The translations under genes were made by a program, and so were the position numbers. DNA of 59,649 nt, counting the filler, from Platydemus manokwari (taxonomy: Eukaryota), in the NCBI GenBank assembly GCA_037951405.1. It is 5 parts of 5 records of this genome, joined end to end, with 100 filler letters (N's around TTAATTAATTAA, not from the genome) between each part and the next. Parts side by side here need not be neighbours in the genome. Positions count along the whole stretch, not along the records: positions 34,986 to 43,802 come from JBBMOY011344872.1; positions 43,903 to 59,649 come from JBBMOY011248096.1; 3 more parts are not named here. One strand, written 5' to 3'. Below the pieces are notes generated by a model that saw nothing but the letters and a program-made list of their open reading frames with translations, did no database searches and was not told where the DNA came from. Below are positions 38,282 through 49,350 of the stretch, piece after piece (the first letter of the stretch is position 1; each line of letters starts with the position of its first letter).

Positions 38282-41200
38282 ATGCTAAATGAATATGATT
38301 CTTGGCATGATAGTGATGAAGTAGATTCTGATTTGGAACAAGAGGCATATAGTTTATTATATTATAATAATGACGTAGAAAAAGAATCCGAAGTTATTAA
38401 TAATTCAAGTCTTAATAAAAATCCTAAAGAAAATATTGAAAGTTCGAATTTATCAGCATCAGCTAATTTAGATCAGTCAATTCTATTATCGTCAAGCTCT
38501 AGTCATTCTGTTATCGAAATTGACAGTTCATCAGATTCCGATTCAAATGGTTTTAAGTGCATTCGTAAAATGACATGTTCTAACCCAATTAACGCATTAT
38601 CAGTCGGGATTAGTTCTGATGAGGATGATTTTGATGATATCACAAGAAATACTGACAGATCCTCTTTAATAGAAAATAATGGATTAAGCAAAGATTCAAT
38701 TGGTTATTCTTTAAACACCGATAGTGATTTAGAAAGTTCAATTAATAAGGAAAATTCATCATTATTTATGAATGTCATCTCAGGAACAACTCCGTTAAAA
38801 TTTACAAATAATATTGTAAGTGATTTCAATAATGATTGACCAATTATTTTTTATCATAAGCAAAATACCGATGATTGGTCAATCGATTTTCAACCTTTGA
38901 GAAGTAAATATGGAAATCGTTATTTCGATAGTGGATCAAAATCAGTTTGTATGATATGCTCGAAAAAGGGTCATTCCGAAGAGGAATGCACTAGGGTTTG
39001 AATTCCTTATATATTATAGTAGGGGTCGTTTACAGTTATTGTTGTTGTTAGAGTGGTCCGATTTGTATTCTGTGTGGCGAGGAGGGTCATTTAAGTAAGA
39101 AATGTGATAATGTCGTCTGTTGTATTTGCTTACGTGACGATCATCAGCCAAAGTCTTGTCCATTCACGGCTACATTCATGCGTCAAACCTGTAAGAGGTG
39201 TGGCCAAAGGGGTCATGGTGATGAAGTTCGTAATATTGATTTTGTGATGATGTTTGAATAAATAATCGATGTTTATCTGTGTAGATTTGTCCCGATATTT
39301 GGCGGCAATACAAATTCACAACAAAAACTGGTCGGCCCGTATTGAAAAAGTGTTCCAGCCAAAACAAATCGACGGTTTATTGTGCAAATTGTGCGAAAAT
39401 GGGTCATTTTACCGAGCAATGTCCTCGAAGTCGAATGAATTCACGATTTTTAGGACCTCCTCCCATCATGGAAATTATTAAATTCGAAGATCATGACATC
39501 TATCCGTCGAAAGGATTGTCGTATTGTGTTGAACCCGATATATTGGTGAGCGATGAAGCAGAGTTGAACAAATCTGGTGAGGAGTTACCCTCATTTATTG
39601 AGAATATGGACGTCACAACGATGGTATGCGATGATGTTGCCAATAGCAACCAATCCAACTGTTCCATCGATGATGTCAGTCTCGACTCGTCAAGTGCCGA
39701 AGCGAACAGTTCGCAATTCGGACATCGTTTCATCATGTTGAGCCCGATAAAATCTACGCCATCAGTTGAACTCAACAAATCCAAATCAACTCTTCCAAAG
39801 CAAAAGCGATCAATGATTGAATCGTCAACACCTCGCAATAATCCAGCTGCCACGCGTCATGTGGCCATATTCGATCCTCTCAAACCCAAAGTGCCCACCA
39901 AACTACCGGGAATAACAACGGATTTGTTGAAGAAATTATTTCCAGAAGAAACACAAAATTATGACAAATTGCCGCCCGGTTTACGCAAGAAATTGCGCAA
40001 GCAGTTAAAAAATTTGATGTAAGCTTTTATAGTGTTTTGTTTGCATATTTCTCTATATATGGTTGCATATCACTCCATATTATTGTTGTATATTTCTCTA
40101 TAAATGGTTGCATATCACTCCATATTATTGTTGTATATTTCTCTATATATGCTTGCATATCACTCCATATTATTGTTGTATATTTCTCTATAAATGGTTG
40201 CATATCACTCCATGTAATTGTTGTATATTTTTCTATATATGCTTGCATATCACTCCATATTATTGTTGCATATTTCTCTATATATGCTTGCATATCACTC
40301 CATATCATTGTTGTATATTTCTCTATAAATGGCTGTATATCACAGGGGTGGCCAATCGGTCGATCTTGAAGCCAATTTTAGTCTATCGCGTGAGATGTTA
40401 TTCAAATGAAAAGTAGATCTTACGTACACAATAGTTGACCACCTCTGATATATAACAATAATGTGAAGTGATGTACAAACATTTGTAGAGAAATATAAAA
40501 CAATAATATAGAGTGATATACCAGAGGTGGCCAACTTTTGTGTATGTAAGATCGACTTTTCATTTGAATAACATCTCACGCGATAGACTAAAATTGGCTT
40601 CTAGATCGACCGGTTGACCATCCCTGTTATATATCATTCCATCTCAATGCTGTTTATCTCTTCATACCATAGCTATATATCACTCCCTATGATAGCTGTA
40701 TATCAATCCTTATAATTGTTGTATATCACTGTATAACAAAGTTTTATATCGAATCTGATTGATACATTATGATATTCTTTATTAACTCAATTGTCGTGAA
40801 TTTCTCGGCACTATTAAGTACAAAATAATTGTTGCACAGTCATGATTTCCTTGTCTGGTACAAACACACACACACACACATCGCTACATATGGAATTATT
40901 GATGAATATTCTATAAATTACACACACACACACACACACATTTACAAGTGATTTTTGTCACCAAATAATTGTCTGTGTTCATCTAATCATTTATATAAAA
41001 ATATCATATTTTAGTTATATGGATATCATTTTTATTTTCGAATCTCTCTTTCACTCCAATTTGTTCAAATTGCCATGGCTTGAATATGTCAGATCACTTG
41101 TCATTCCAAACAAATTAATTGATTTAAAAGGACACCTTTAATTAGTGATGATAGTGATGTCATAGCATATAATCATATTGGTGGTGCAACTTTAACCATA

Positions 41201-41807
41201 ATGTTGATCAATAATGGTGTACCTTAGATCGTGTTGATATCAATAATAAATATATTTATTATTCTGATATAATAATGGTGCTATTTATTGATATATATAT
41301 TCTGTAATCCCGATAAATATTCATCAATATTACCCCTGTAGTGATCATGGATATTTACCGGGAGATTCAAATCTCACTCAGGAACGAATGGAATTTTGGT
41401 TACAAGAGATATCAACTGGACGTAATTTAAGCTATCGGGATAAGAAACGATTGTTGGGAAGTGTATCAGCTGCGTTACATAGCATATCTGATCGTGTATC
41501 GATTAATGATGTGATTGATTTGACGAATAAAGATGAAATGGATTTCCAAACACAATCATTATCCGTTCCGGAATCCAGAAAAAAACGAAATAAATTTACT
41601 CGACAGGAAAAGAATTTAAAAAATATTGCAAAAGTGTCGAGAAAAGAGAAGAAGGATGTTCGTAAAATGGAGAAGGCTATCGAAAATTCAATCAAAGATC
41701 GTTTACGCGCTAATCGAAGCGTTGACAACAAAGAAAATCGATCAGCAGCAAAGAAAAATAAATTCAGAAAAAACCAAAGAAAATCAGAAATCATTCAATT
41801 ATTTTGA
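38282..41807 (+). CDS. ZCCHC7: ZCCHC7/Air1-Air2-like zinc-knuckle protein (TRAMP subunit); exons 38282-38815, 38861-38995, 39052-39225, 39285-40018, 41342-41807 (680 aa)
   Basis: Acidic/Ser-rich N-terminus, RYF, five CX2CX4HX4C knuckles (CMICSKKGHSEEEC, CILCGEEGHLSKKC, CCICLRDDHQPKSC, CKRCGQRGHGDEIC, CANCAKMGHFTEQC), the family motif CPDIWRQY and a basic C-terminus. The 1.3-kb last intron joins AT|T in frame. Confidence 0.9.
40041..40342 (+). repeat. 39-bp minisatellite (about 7.7 units) in ZCCHC7 intron 4, with degenerate continuation to about 40735
   Basis: Unit ttgtatatttctctata(a/t)atg(g/c)ttgcatatcactccatattattg repeated in tandem. Confidence 0.95.
40343..40447 (+). mobile_element. 105-bp hAT-type MITE, copy 1
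   Basis: Imperfect 13-bp TIRs CAGGGGTGGCCAA / TTGACCACCTCTG with 8-bp flanks; a second copy lies nearby. Confidence 0.85.
40522..40626 (-). mobile_element. 105-bp hAT-type MITE, copy 2 (inverted)
   Basis: Reverse complement of copy 1 with a few substitutions; ends CAGAGGTGGCCAA / TTGACCATCCCTG. Confidence 0.85.
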
Positions 41808-42783
41808 TATCTTTCTCTTGTAATTCTGTGAATATATCTGAATATAAATAATATATATATCTGTTATTGTTTTGATTTTTGATCTTTTTTATTTTGGATT
41901 TTTCTCTTTTTTGAAATATGTTTTAGAGCACTTTAATCATTGATATTTGGATATTCTTGATGGTAACGATAAACACATAAACTGGAATTGATAAATGTAT
42001 TGATTTGGTTTCCACGTGATCAATCGGGGGAGTGTCGAGGTTGTGACTTGACTTTTTCTGTTTCAATTCAAAACAGATCATGAACAGACAAACAAGCACT
42101 TACAAATAGTTGAAGCAGCCAATAAGATTGTTGAGATATAAGAATGAAAATAACTGTTACGAAACCGATGACAATTATTTAAATTTATGAATTAGACAAG
42201 ATTATTTAATAATGATTCACACTTCAAATGAGCAATGTGCATGTAAGGGTTATTAACAATAATAAAGGGTACCACACAAGTTTCATACAAACATTACTCT
42301 CAACTTATATTAAAGCGACAAATATACGATCCTAATAATATAATACAACTACGCCAAATTCTGAATATCTACAAGAGAGGTAAAATCATTCATTTTAAAA
42401 ATTGGTTCCAAATTAGTAATGAAACAATTTACAAATATACAACAAAATCTAAAATTCGCACACACACACATATATATATATATATGTTATGTTTTGGTTT
42501 GGTTTCCTAATTTGATAAGGCGCTTAACTGATTATAACTTATAAGCTCGTAATGACTGACTCAAGAAGGCAGTGTAATAAAATGAAGTGAGCGATATTAA
42601 TTATAAATAAACTGATTAAAATAATCAGTACGATAATGTACATTTGTTCTAAAATAAAATAATCAATGACGATGCTTCAATACAGATTTCAATAACAAAT
42701 GATAAATATTAATTAATAGATTTTATATAACGAATAACCAGGAATTTTATTAATTAATATTCGATTATTTATTGAAAATTTGT

Positions 42784-43239
42784 ATGATCCTTGAGCGGAA
42801 TGCGGCAAGGTCCTCAAGCTTATTGTAGATATTTGGGACCTAATAGTTCAGCAACTATATGAATGAATAAAGATTGCTTTTGGTTAAGGTTAAATAATTG
42901 TTTAAAGAGTGTTTAGACTGGGCCCAAGAAACAAGTATTAACAATGATGATTTTCAATATCATTTTTAAAGTTTAAAAATTATACAATAACTTTACTTAA
43001 GGGAGGAGAATCAACGAGAATTTGAGGGATTATGGCAAGATTCCGAGGAATTCATTCAGCAAGATATTATCAAAAACTCACAGCTAAATCCATGCGCTAA
43101 TGAATTCATACCAGGACAGCTATGGACAAGCACTAATAATTCAGTCAAAAGAGAAAAGAAGAGGAAAAAATCAGAAAGTCCAAGTGAATCTTTCAAAAAA
43201 CAGAAGCATGAGGGCATGTTTGTTTCAATCTCCCAGTAG
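42784..43239 (+). pseudogene. PAM2-motif (PAIP2-like) pseudogene or isolated terminal exon
   Basis: Stop-free frame 42991-43236 reads ...EENQREFEGLWQDSEEFIQQDIIKNSQLNPCANEFIPGQLW..., where SQLNPCANEFIPG fits the PAM2 consensus. The same frame upstream has ATG 42784 and FSNYM...LFKECLDW but seven TAA/TAG stops. Confidence 0.6.
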
Positions 43240-43802
43240 TGTTGGGAATCTGGGTCATCTGGACAAATTGCTGACAATTATTATGTGATAATTGTCGACA
43301 ATTTTAATATTTATGTTTAAGTATAGTAGTAATTTATTTTGTGTATAAAACTAATAACTTGAATAAATGTATAATGTAGGAAATTTTTATATTTTTATAT
43401 TGTGTCATTTCGCTTAAGATAAGCTGAACAATGTCTTAGTTAATGTAACGTTTTAGTAAATGTAACAATATTTATCGTTTTTACCATTTTTAGTCTGTTT
43501 AATTATTTATGTGAAAGATCAAAAGATAGTTAATTTTAAACAATATATTAATAATTATATAAAATAATATTGATAAAGTATATTAATACTTGGTTTTTGG
43601 CATTAAAGGGAAAACTATATATTAAAAATATTCTTAATATTGAATTTCTAAGTGCTTGTGTAGGTTTTTGTTTTAATGTGCTCGTTTGTGGTGCCAATCA
43701 GACTCCAAATGATTGGCTGCGTTCGTTAGAAGTAGATGAATTTAAATATAAATAATAATAATAAGACAATAAATAACAATAACGCAGTGATACTAAAATA
43801 TA

Positions 43803-43902
43803 NNNNNNNNNNNNNNNNNNNNNNNNNNNNNNNNNNNNNNNNNNNNTTAATTAATTAANNNNNNNNNNNNNNNNNNNNNNNNNNNNNNNNNNNNNNNNNN
43901 NN
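43803..43902. other. Artificial contig linker
   Basis: 44 N + TTAATTAATTAA + 44 N. Confidence 0.97.
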
Positions 43903-43908
43903 TTATTA

Positions 43909-44342
43909 AAAAAAAATAGACCCAGGTTTATAATAATTGGATTTAAAGATTTTATTTTTATCTTTACGAAAAATAATTCAAATTTTATTTAAAATCTTGA
44001 AAATGATAAAATAAAGTCTACAAGAGGAAACTAAAATTAAAATAAAATATAACTTGATATTTCTTCTAATAGTGAAATTGAACCTTATTTCGACTATGTA
44101 AAATTATGTGAAACATTTGGAATTAAACCTCAATTAAATATGTTAGATTTTCAAAGTTTATATTCCATATTTTATTTGGATGTAAGTACCCAGGAAAAAA
44201 ATCAATTATTAATGGATGCATTGCAATTGTTGAAATCGAAAAAGATACAAAATTTAAATGTAAAGCTTATTGTAGTATTTTTGTAGAAAAAGCAGTTGAA
44301 ATTCAAATTAAATGTGAAAAAATGTATACAGTCTACGACTGA
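43909..44342 (+). mobile_element. Maverick/Polinton major capsid protein, decayed C-terminal fragment
   Basis: Frameshifted translation NRPRFIIIGFKD...LDISSNSEIEPYFDYVKLCETFGIKPQLNMLDFQSLYSIFYLDVSTQE...INGCIAIVEIEK...AYCSIFVEK. It resembles recalled Polinton MCP motifs (KPRYxIxGF; FKxLYPIFxFDVSxQ; AYxLI). Confidence 0.65.
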
Positions 44343-45349
44343 TAAGTTGCGGACAGTATACAATCACAGGGTTGATCCACCTAAGACATTTTTCAATCAC
44401 AGATTAATATATTTTCTGTTGTTAAAAAGGAAAATTAATTATTACAAATATTAAGAAAGAAAAAATTAAAGAAAATTATTAAATGTACCAAACCAAAATT
44501 ATTAACTTATTCAAACCGAAAAAATATATTTATCTAAAAAACAGATCTTGAACCACAAAAAGTAAAAGAGAAAGTATGAAGGTAGGACTTTGTATGATTT
44601 CACAAATAATAGATATGAAGAATCACCTATTAATTAAAATGTGGAAAAGAAATTTATTTCAATAAAAATAATGAATTTGTATTAAATTTAATATATTCTT
44701 TCAACCATATTTTCGATAGCATTTTAAAATTTTGTTTATTCGTTTTAATTTTAAACCATTATTTAAATAAAACTGTAAATTTCTATTATGTACAAAATAA
44801 TTAGTTCTATCGTTTTGAATACATATTAATAATTCAGATAAAACAATTTTTTCATCTTTACCTGGTCTTTTTGTTTTTCACTATATAGTTGGAAATTTAC
44901 TTTTTCATATTTTAGAGCTAATGAAAAATCTTTTGTCAACGTCTAAAATGTAACCCTTATTAGGATTTCTTGTTAAAAACATTAATTTTTTGAGTAAGCA
45001 CTTAAATTATTCTAAAGTAAGCATTCGAAATTTTAAAATATTTCTAACTGTTGTTGGCATAACAACTTACGTAATTTCTTTTCTATCTTAACCAAATATT
45101 CTCGAGTGATTTCTAAAACCATTTTCTTTTACAAAATAACTATAACAATGATCATAAAAATTTAATTTTTCATTATTTCTAAATTTGTAATTTATTTCTG
45201 CTTTCATAAAACGCTCACATAAACATATAGAGTTTCATCATTTTCTTCTGTATCTACAATAATGATGAAAACATGATCACAGAAGATCTAGTGAACCAAT
45301 TGGATTAACAACAAAATCCGTAGATTGAACAAGTGCATCGTTGTGAGTC

Positions 45350-45805
45350 ATCAGGGTTACAATATTGTCAAAGCCCTATATCACCACCGAGTAAACTCTA
45401 GGCATTCGCTACTCAGTCATGGCAAAATTAGATCTAATAAAACTTTTTGTGGAGACCAACCCTACTAACGATAACAAAATCTATGAGATCGTCACAATTC
45501 AGGTAACTTATTTAGAAATTGAGATAATGTGAATTGATCCAACGTTAACCGAACTCATACCGGAAAAGTCAAAATGAAGTAATCCACAGTCTGGAGCCGA
45601 ACAGTCAGTCGAACCTATCCAAATCGCCAACTCTTCTAAATATATTGAAATTTCGACAGCGGATGTAGATAAATCACACAATGAAGATGGGCTCACTATC
45701 TTTGCTAAAGACGAAGAAATAGATTTCACCACAGCAAAACAAAGCCAATTAAATCTGTTAAGAAAAACAAAACTAAGCTATTCCTAAAGGCCTAAACGAT
45801 TCTTA
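45350..45805 (+). mobile_element. Possible LTR-retrotransposon pol C-terminal relic
   Basis: GYNIVKAL-like segment, acidic spacer and LRKTK...RPKRF ending resemble Ty3/Gypsy integrase tails; several stops. Confidence 0.25.
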
Positions 45806-47188
45806 GTTTTACATGGAGAATAGGGTTAAATAAACAATAACTAAAAAGTTTGATTTGTACAACATTTTATTATTTTACTTTAATCAATTTTTGCATTCCA
45901 AATACAAATATTATTATTTTATTTATTCTGTTATCTACAAACTTAAATATATTATTGGTATAATCATATAAATTTAATATTCATACAACCAAATCAAATG
46001 TTTAATAATCCCTTCTTTTATAAATTTATATTTAATGATGATTCGATGTATAAAAGTATAATTATTTGATCTCGATAAAATTCTCAAAGATGTAAAAGTA
46101 TTTCATGAATATAATAACACTTAGAAACTGATCGATATTTTTATCTTATATCTACTAGGAATAAAAATAAGATAGGAAACGAACTAACGACCGTTGGAGT
46201 TTTCGGTAAAACAATAAATCATAAATACCAAGACAAACAAATTTTTTTATTTTATTTTTTAAAGCAAAAATTTTTGTTAATTCTTTTATTTGTTTTGTAA
46301 ATATCAATACGACCGACATTTTTAATTACAGATTATAAAAAATATTTGATGGTAATTTAAAATTAAAAGTAAAGTAATATAAAAGTAATAAGCGTAAATA
46401 TATAGTAGAAAATGAGAAAATAAGTGTTAATGATCAGAAAAATAATAGTAAATAAAAGTAGAGAATAAAATTACTAGAAAAATAATTATAGTGAAAGTTA
46501 AAATAAATAATTATATATAATAATTTCAAAAATTATTTAACAATGTTGAACCTAATAATTGAACGATCAAAATAAGAATGGTGAGTTAAAAAAGGAAAAT
46601 CGATGATGTAAATAAAATACAAGAACAAGAGAATGCTCACGTAAGGATGCGTAACGAAAAAAGGACAAAGCGCGAATTAACACTTTCCAGTGACAAGAAA
46701 GCGAAAACAAAATAAGATGTTTATTTTACTTAATGTACCAGATCTTGCAACCAGTATAGTTGTTAGAATGTAAATCATCAAGAAGTTATAAAGGTAATGT
46801 ATTAACGATGCGTTAATTAATAATCTAGTAAAATATTAATTGACGTAGCAGTCAAATAAAATTTTGTATCTGAAATCAAGTCCCTGTTTTGTTTGTTATA
46901 TGCGTATATCCAAACTTACGCCTTGGCACTACTTAAAGTCGGATATTGGTGGAATTCTGTATCATTTGATACAAAATATCATTCATCCCATCATTTAGTT
47001 ATTAGTTCCCTGCTTACACTAATATGAAATTCTCAACGAAATGATAAAAATTATATTTTTTATTTTGTTCGAAATAATTTGATATAGATTTTAATTATTT
47101 CACCTTACGATCCATCTGCTCCCACTTTCTAATAGTACTACATTCGAAGATACATAAGATTTCATTTTTCATTTACAAAGAAAGATAA

Positions 47189-49350
47189 TTGATTCCCACA
47201 CAAACAACTCGCGATCAGATAGAAAGCGGGAAACAAAACAACATACCAAATAATCAACCCACCGACTACAAAAACGAGAGAACCACCAGACTCAAAGACT
47301 CTTCATTGCATAATCAATTGCAAAACCAATCACATAATTCCAGAACCAATCCCAGACCTAATAATACAAATAACTCCAATTTTAATTATACTCATTCTAA
47401 TAATAATTTTTCTTATAGAAACGACAAGCAACCAGTATACAACCAGGCCAATCCGAAACCCTCCACCGACCCACAAAAAAATGCTCCAAGCACCAACAAT
47501 CTAGAACACATTCAAACCGAAACACACCTAACCAACAGGATCGAGCATCTGAATAAACACAACTCCTATGCATCAATAATTAATACTCCTACCAACTCTG
47601 AAAAACACGCAATTACAATACTATTAATAATAAAACCCCTTTTTTAGAGAAAACATACACCGAATCAATCTCGATACCCCCACCACACAAGTCAAACCAC
47701 GAGCTCTCAGCCCGGCGAATATACGAAAACACGTTCATACCATTGGGCCGAGCTCTACTCCCAACTCCAACACTACCAATCCAAGGACATCAACATCAAA
47801 ACTTCCACTCACGAAACAAATACGAGCCCCTGCGAAATTTGGAAGAACAAAACAATATGGAATTCAACCACCACATAAGCCTAATCCTCATAATAATCTT
47901 CGAAATTTTAATCATTCTCTTCCTCCTAGATCACAACCCAAGCAAAACAAGCGTCCGACCTTGAACATGGATAGTCCCGCTACCGCAACCCAGGGCATCC
48001 TGTTTAGGGGTAGACATGCGCATGGCTGTGATCGCGAAAGCGAGCAGCCGGGATCCCAATGCAAAAACGTTTTTATAAATATTGCCCTTTATATATTATC
48101 ATAAATTAATACTTATAATATTGGATACCTTAAAAAATTATTATTAAATCATATTGAATTAATTGATTTTAAAACATTGCCTCTAAATACTAAAATCGTT
48201 TTTGTAAATATTTTCTTAAATATCTACCTAAAAATAAATATAAATAATCTAACTGACTTTATCAACATGCTAAATGACCATAATATTGACTTAATTAACT
48301 TGAAAAAAATAAAATAAATAACTCATAATTACCTAATAATAATGTTAAATCTAATCAATCTATTAACAATAACTTCATTAATCTCCAGCCGACAAATAAC
48401 TTAATACCACATAGTCTAGGAACCAACAATGACTTAAATAACTACGCACCAACTGATAACGTAAACTCATCATCTAACCAACCTACTATCAATGCATATA
48501 TAGGAAGTGGTACACTAGCGCACGAAACTCAGACTTGCCCTGATCGACTCTCAAAAAATATTGACATAGATAGTGAAAATAATACTCACCCTACTTATCA
48601 AAATCTTCAATCCCCATATAGTGTAAGTCGAAACAACTTAATAAACTCTATAACTGACTCCCAAGTAAGCAATGACCATGACGACGTAGTTTTAACTCAA
48701 AATTCCGACGATTTAGATATAGAATTTATAGTACAGATTTAAAATATCGAGAATAATGATGTTTTATGTTATTTCTGTGGATCAAATCGACATAACATAC
48801 AAATATTAATTTATATTATTAAAATTGCTAATTTTTATTATTAAAAAAGGAATGCTGAAGATCACAATTTTGACATGTTTATAAGACAGCAATTGAGTTA
48901 ATTTTTTCAAATTATTGAAAATTTTTTATAGAATCTGGTTTCAATTTGGGGAAGATATATGAAGATCATATTTCGGTAGATTTAATCGACGTAACATACA
49001 AGTTTAAACTTATATTATTAAACATGAAAGAAAATAACTGTTCGATCCAAAATCGATCCAATAACGAAAAGAATTTAATAACAATCAGTAGCTTTTATAA
49101 AAAAAGAGCTATCCGAGTTGTAAAAACATCATTACGAAAACTAAAGAATAATTCACTAACAAATTTCCAAATTTTAAATGGAACGCCCGGATTGATGTTT
49201 GACTATTATCAATTATCTAATGCATATGCAGTATATATAAAAGAAGTTATAAGGAAAAATTCAAGTGCATATTATCAGCACAAAATCAAACAAAAATATG
49301 ACCTCATTTTCAACAACCATTTTAGAACGACATGGATATCAATTTAGACA
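47189..49350 (+). mobile_element. Decayed retroelement-like ORF region (N/P/T-rich, gag/ORF1-like)
   Basis: Strong A/C strand bias, broken ORFs, an NKYEPL motif and a degenerate knuckle CYFCGSNRH near 48767. No RT motif found. Confidence 0.3.

Noticed and set aside
40041-40342. CRISPR-like appearance and repeat-protein ORFs of the 39-bp array
   Set aside because: No unique spacers, no cas genes, eukaryotic intron; the ORFs arise from the unit length.
42784-43320. TAA/TAG reassignment (ciliate-type genetic code)
   Set aside because: PSMA5 and kinesin B end in TAA, PRDM1 ends in TAG, and ZCCHC7 on the same contig has no in-frame TAR in 680 codons.
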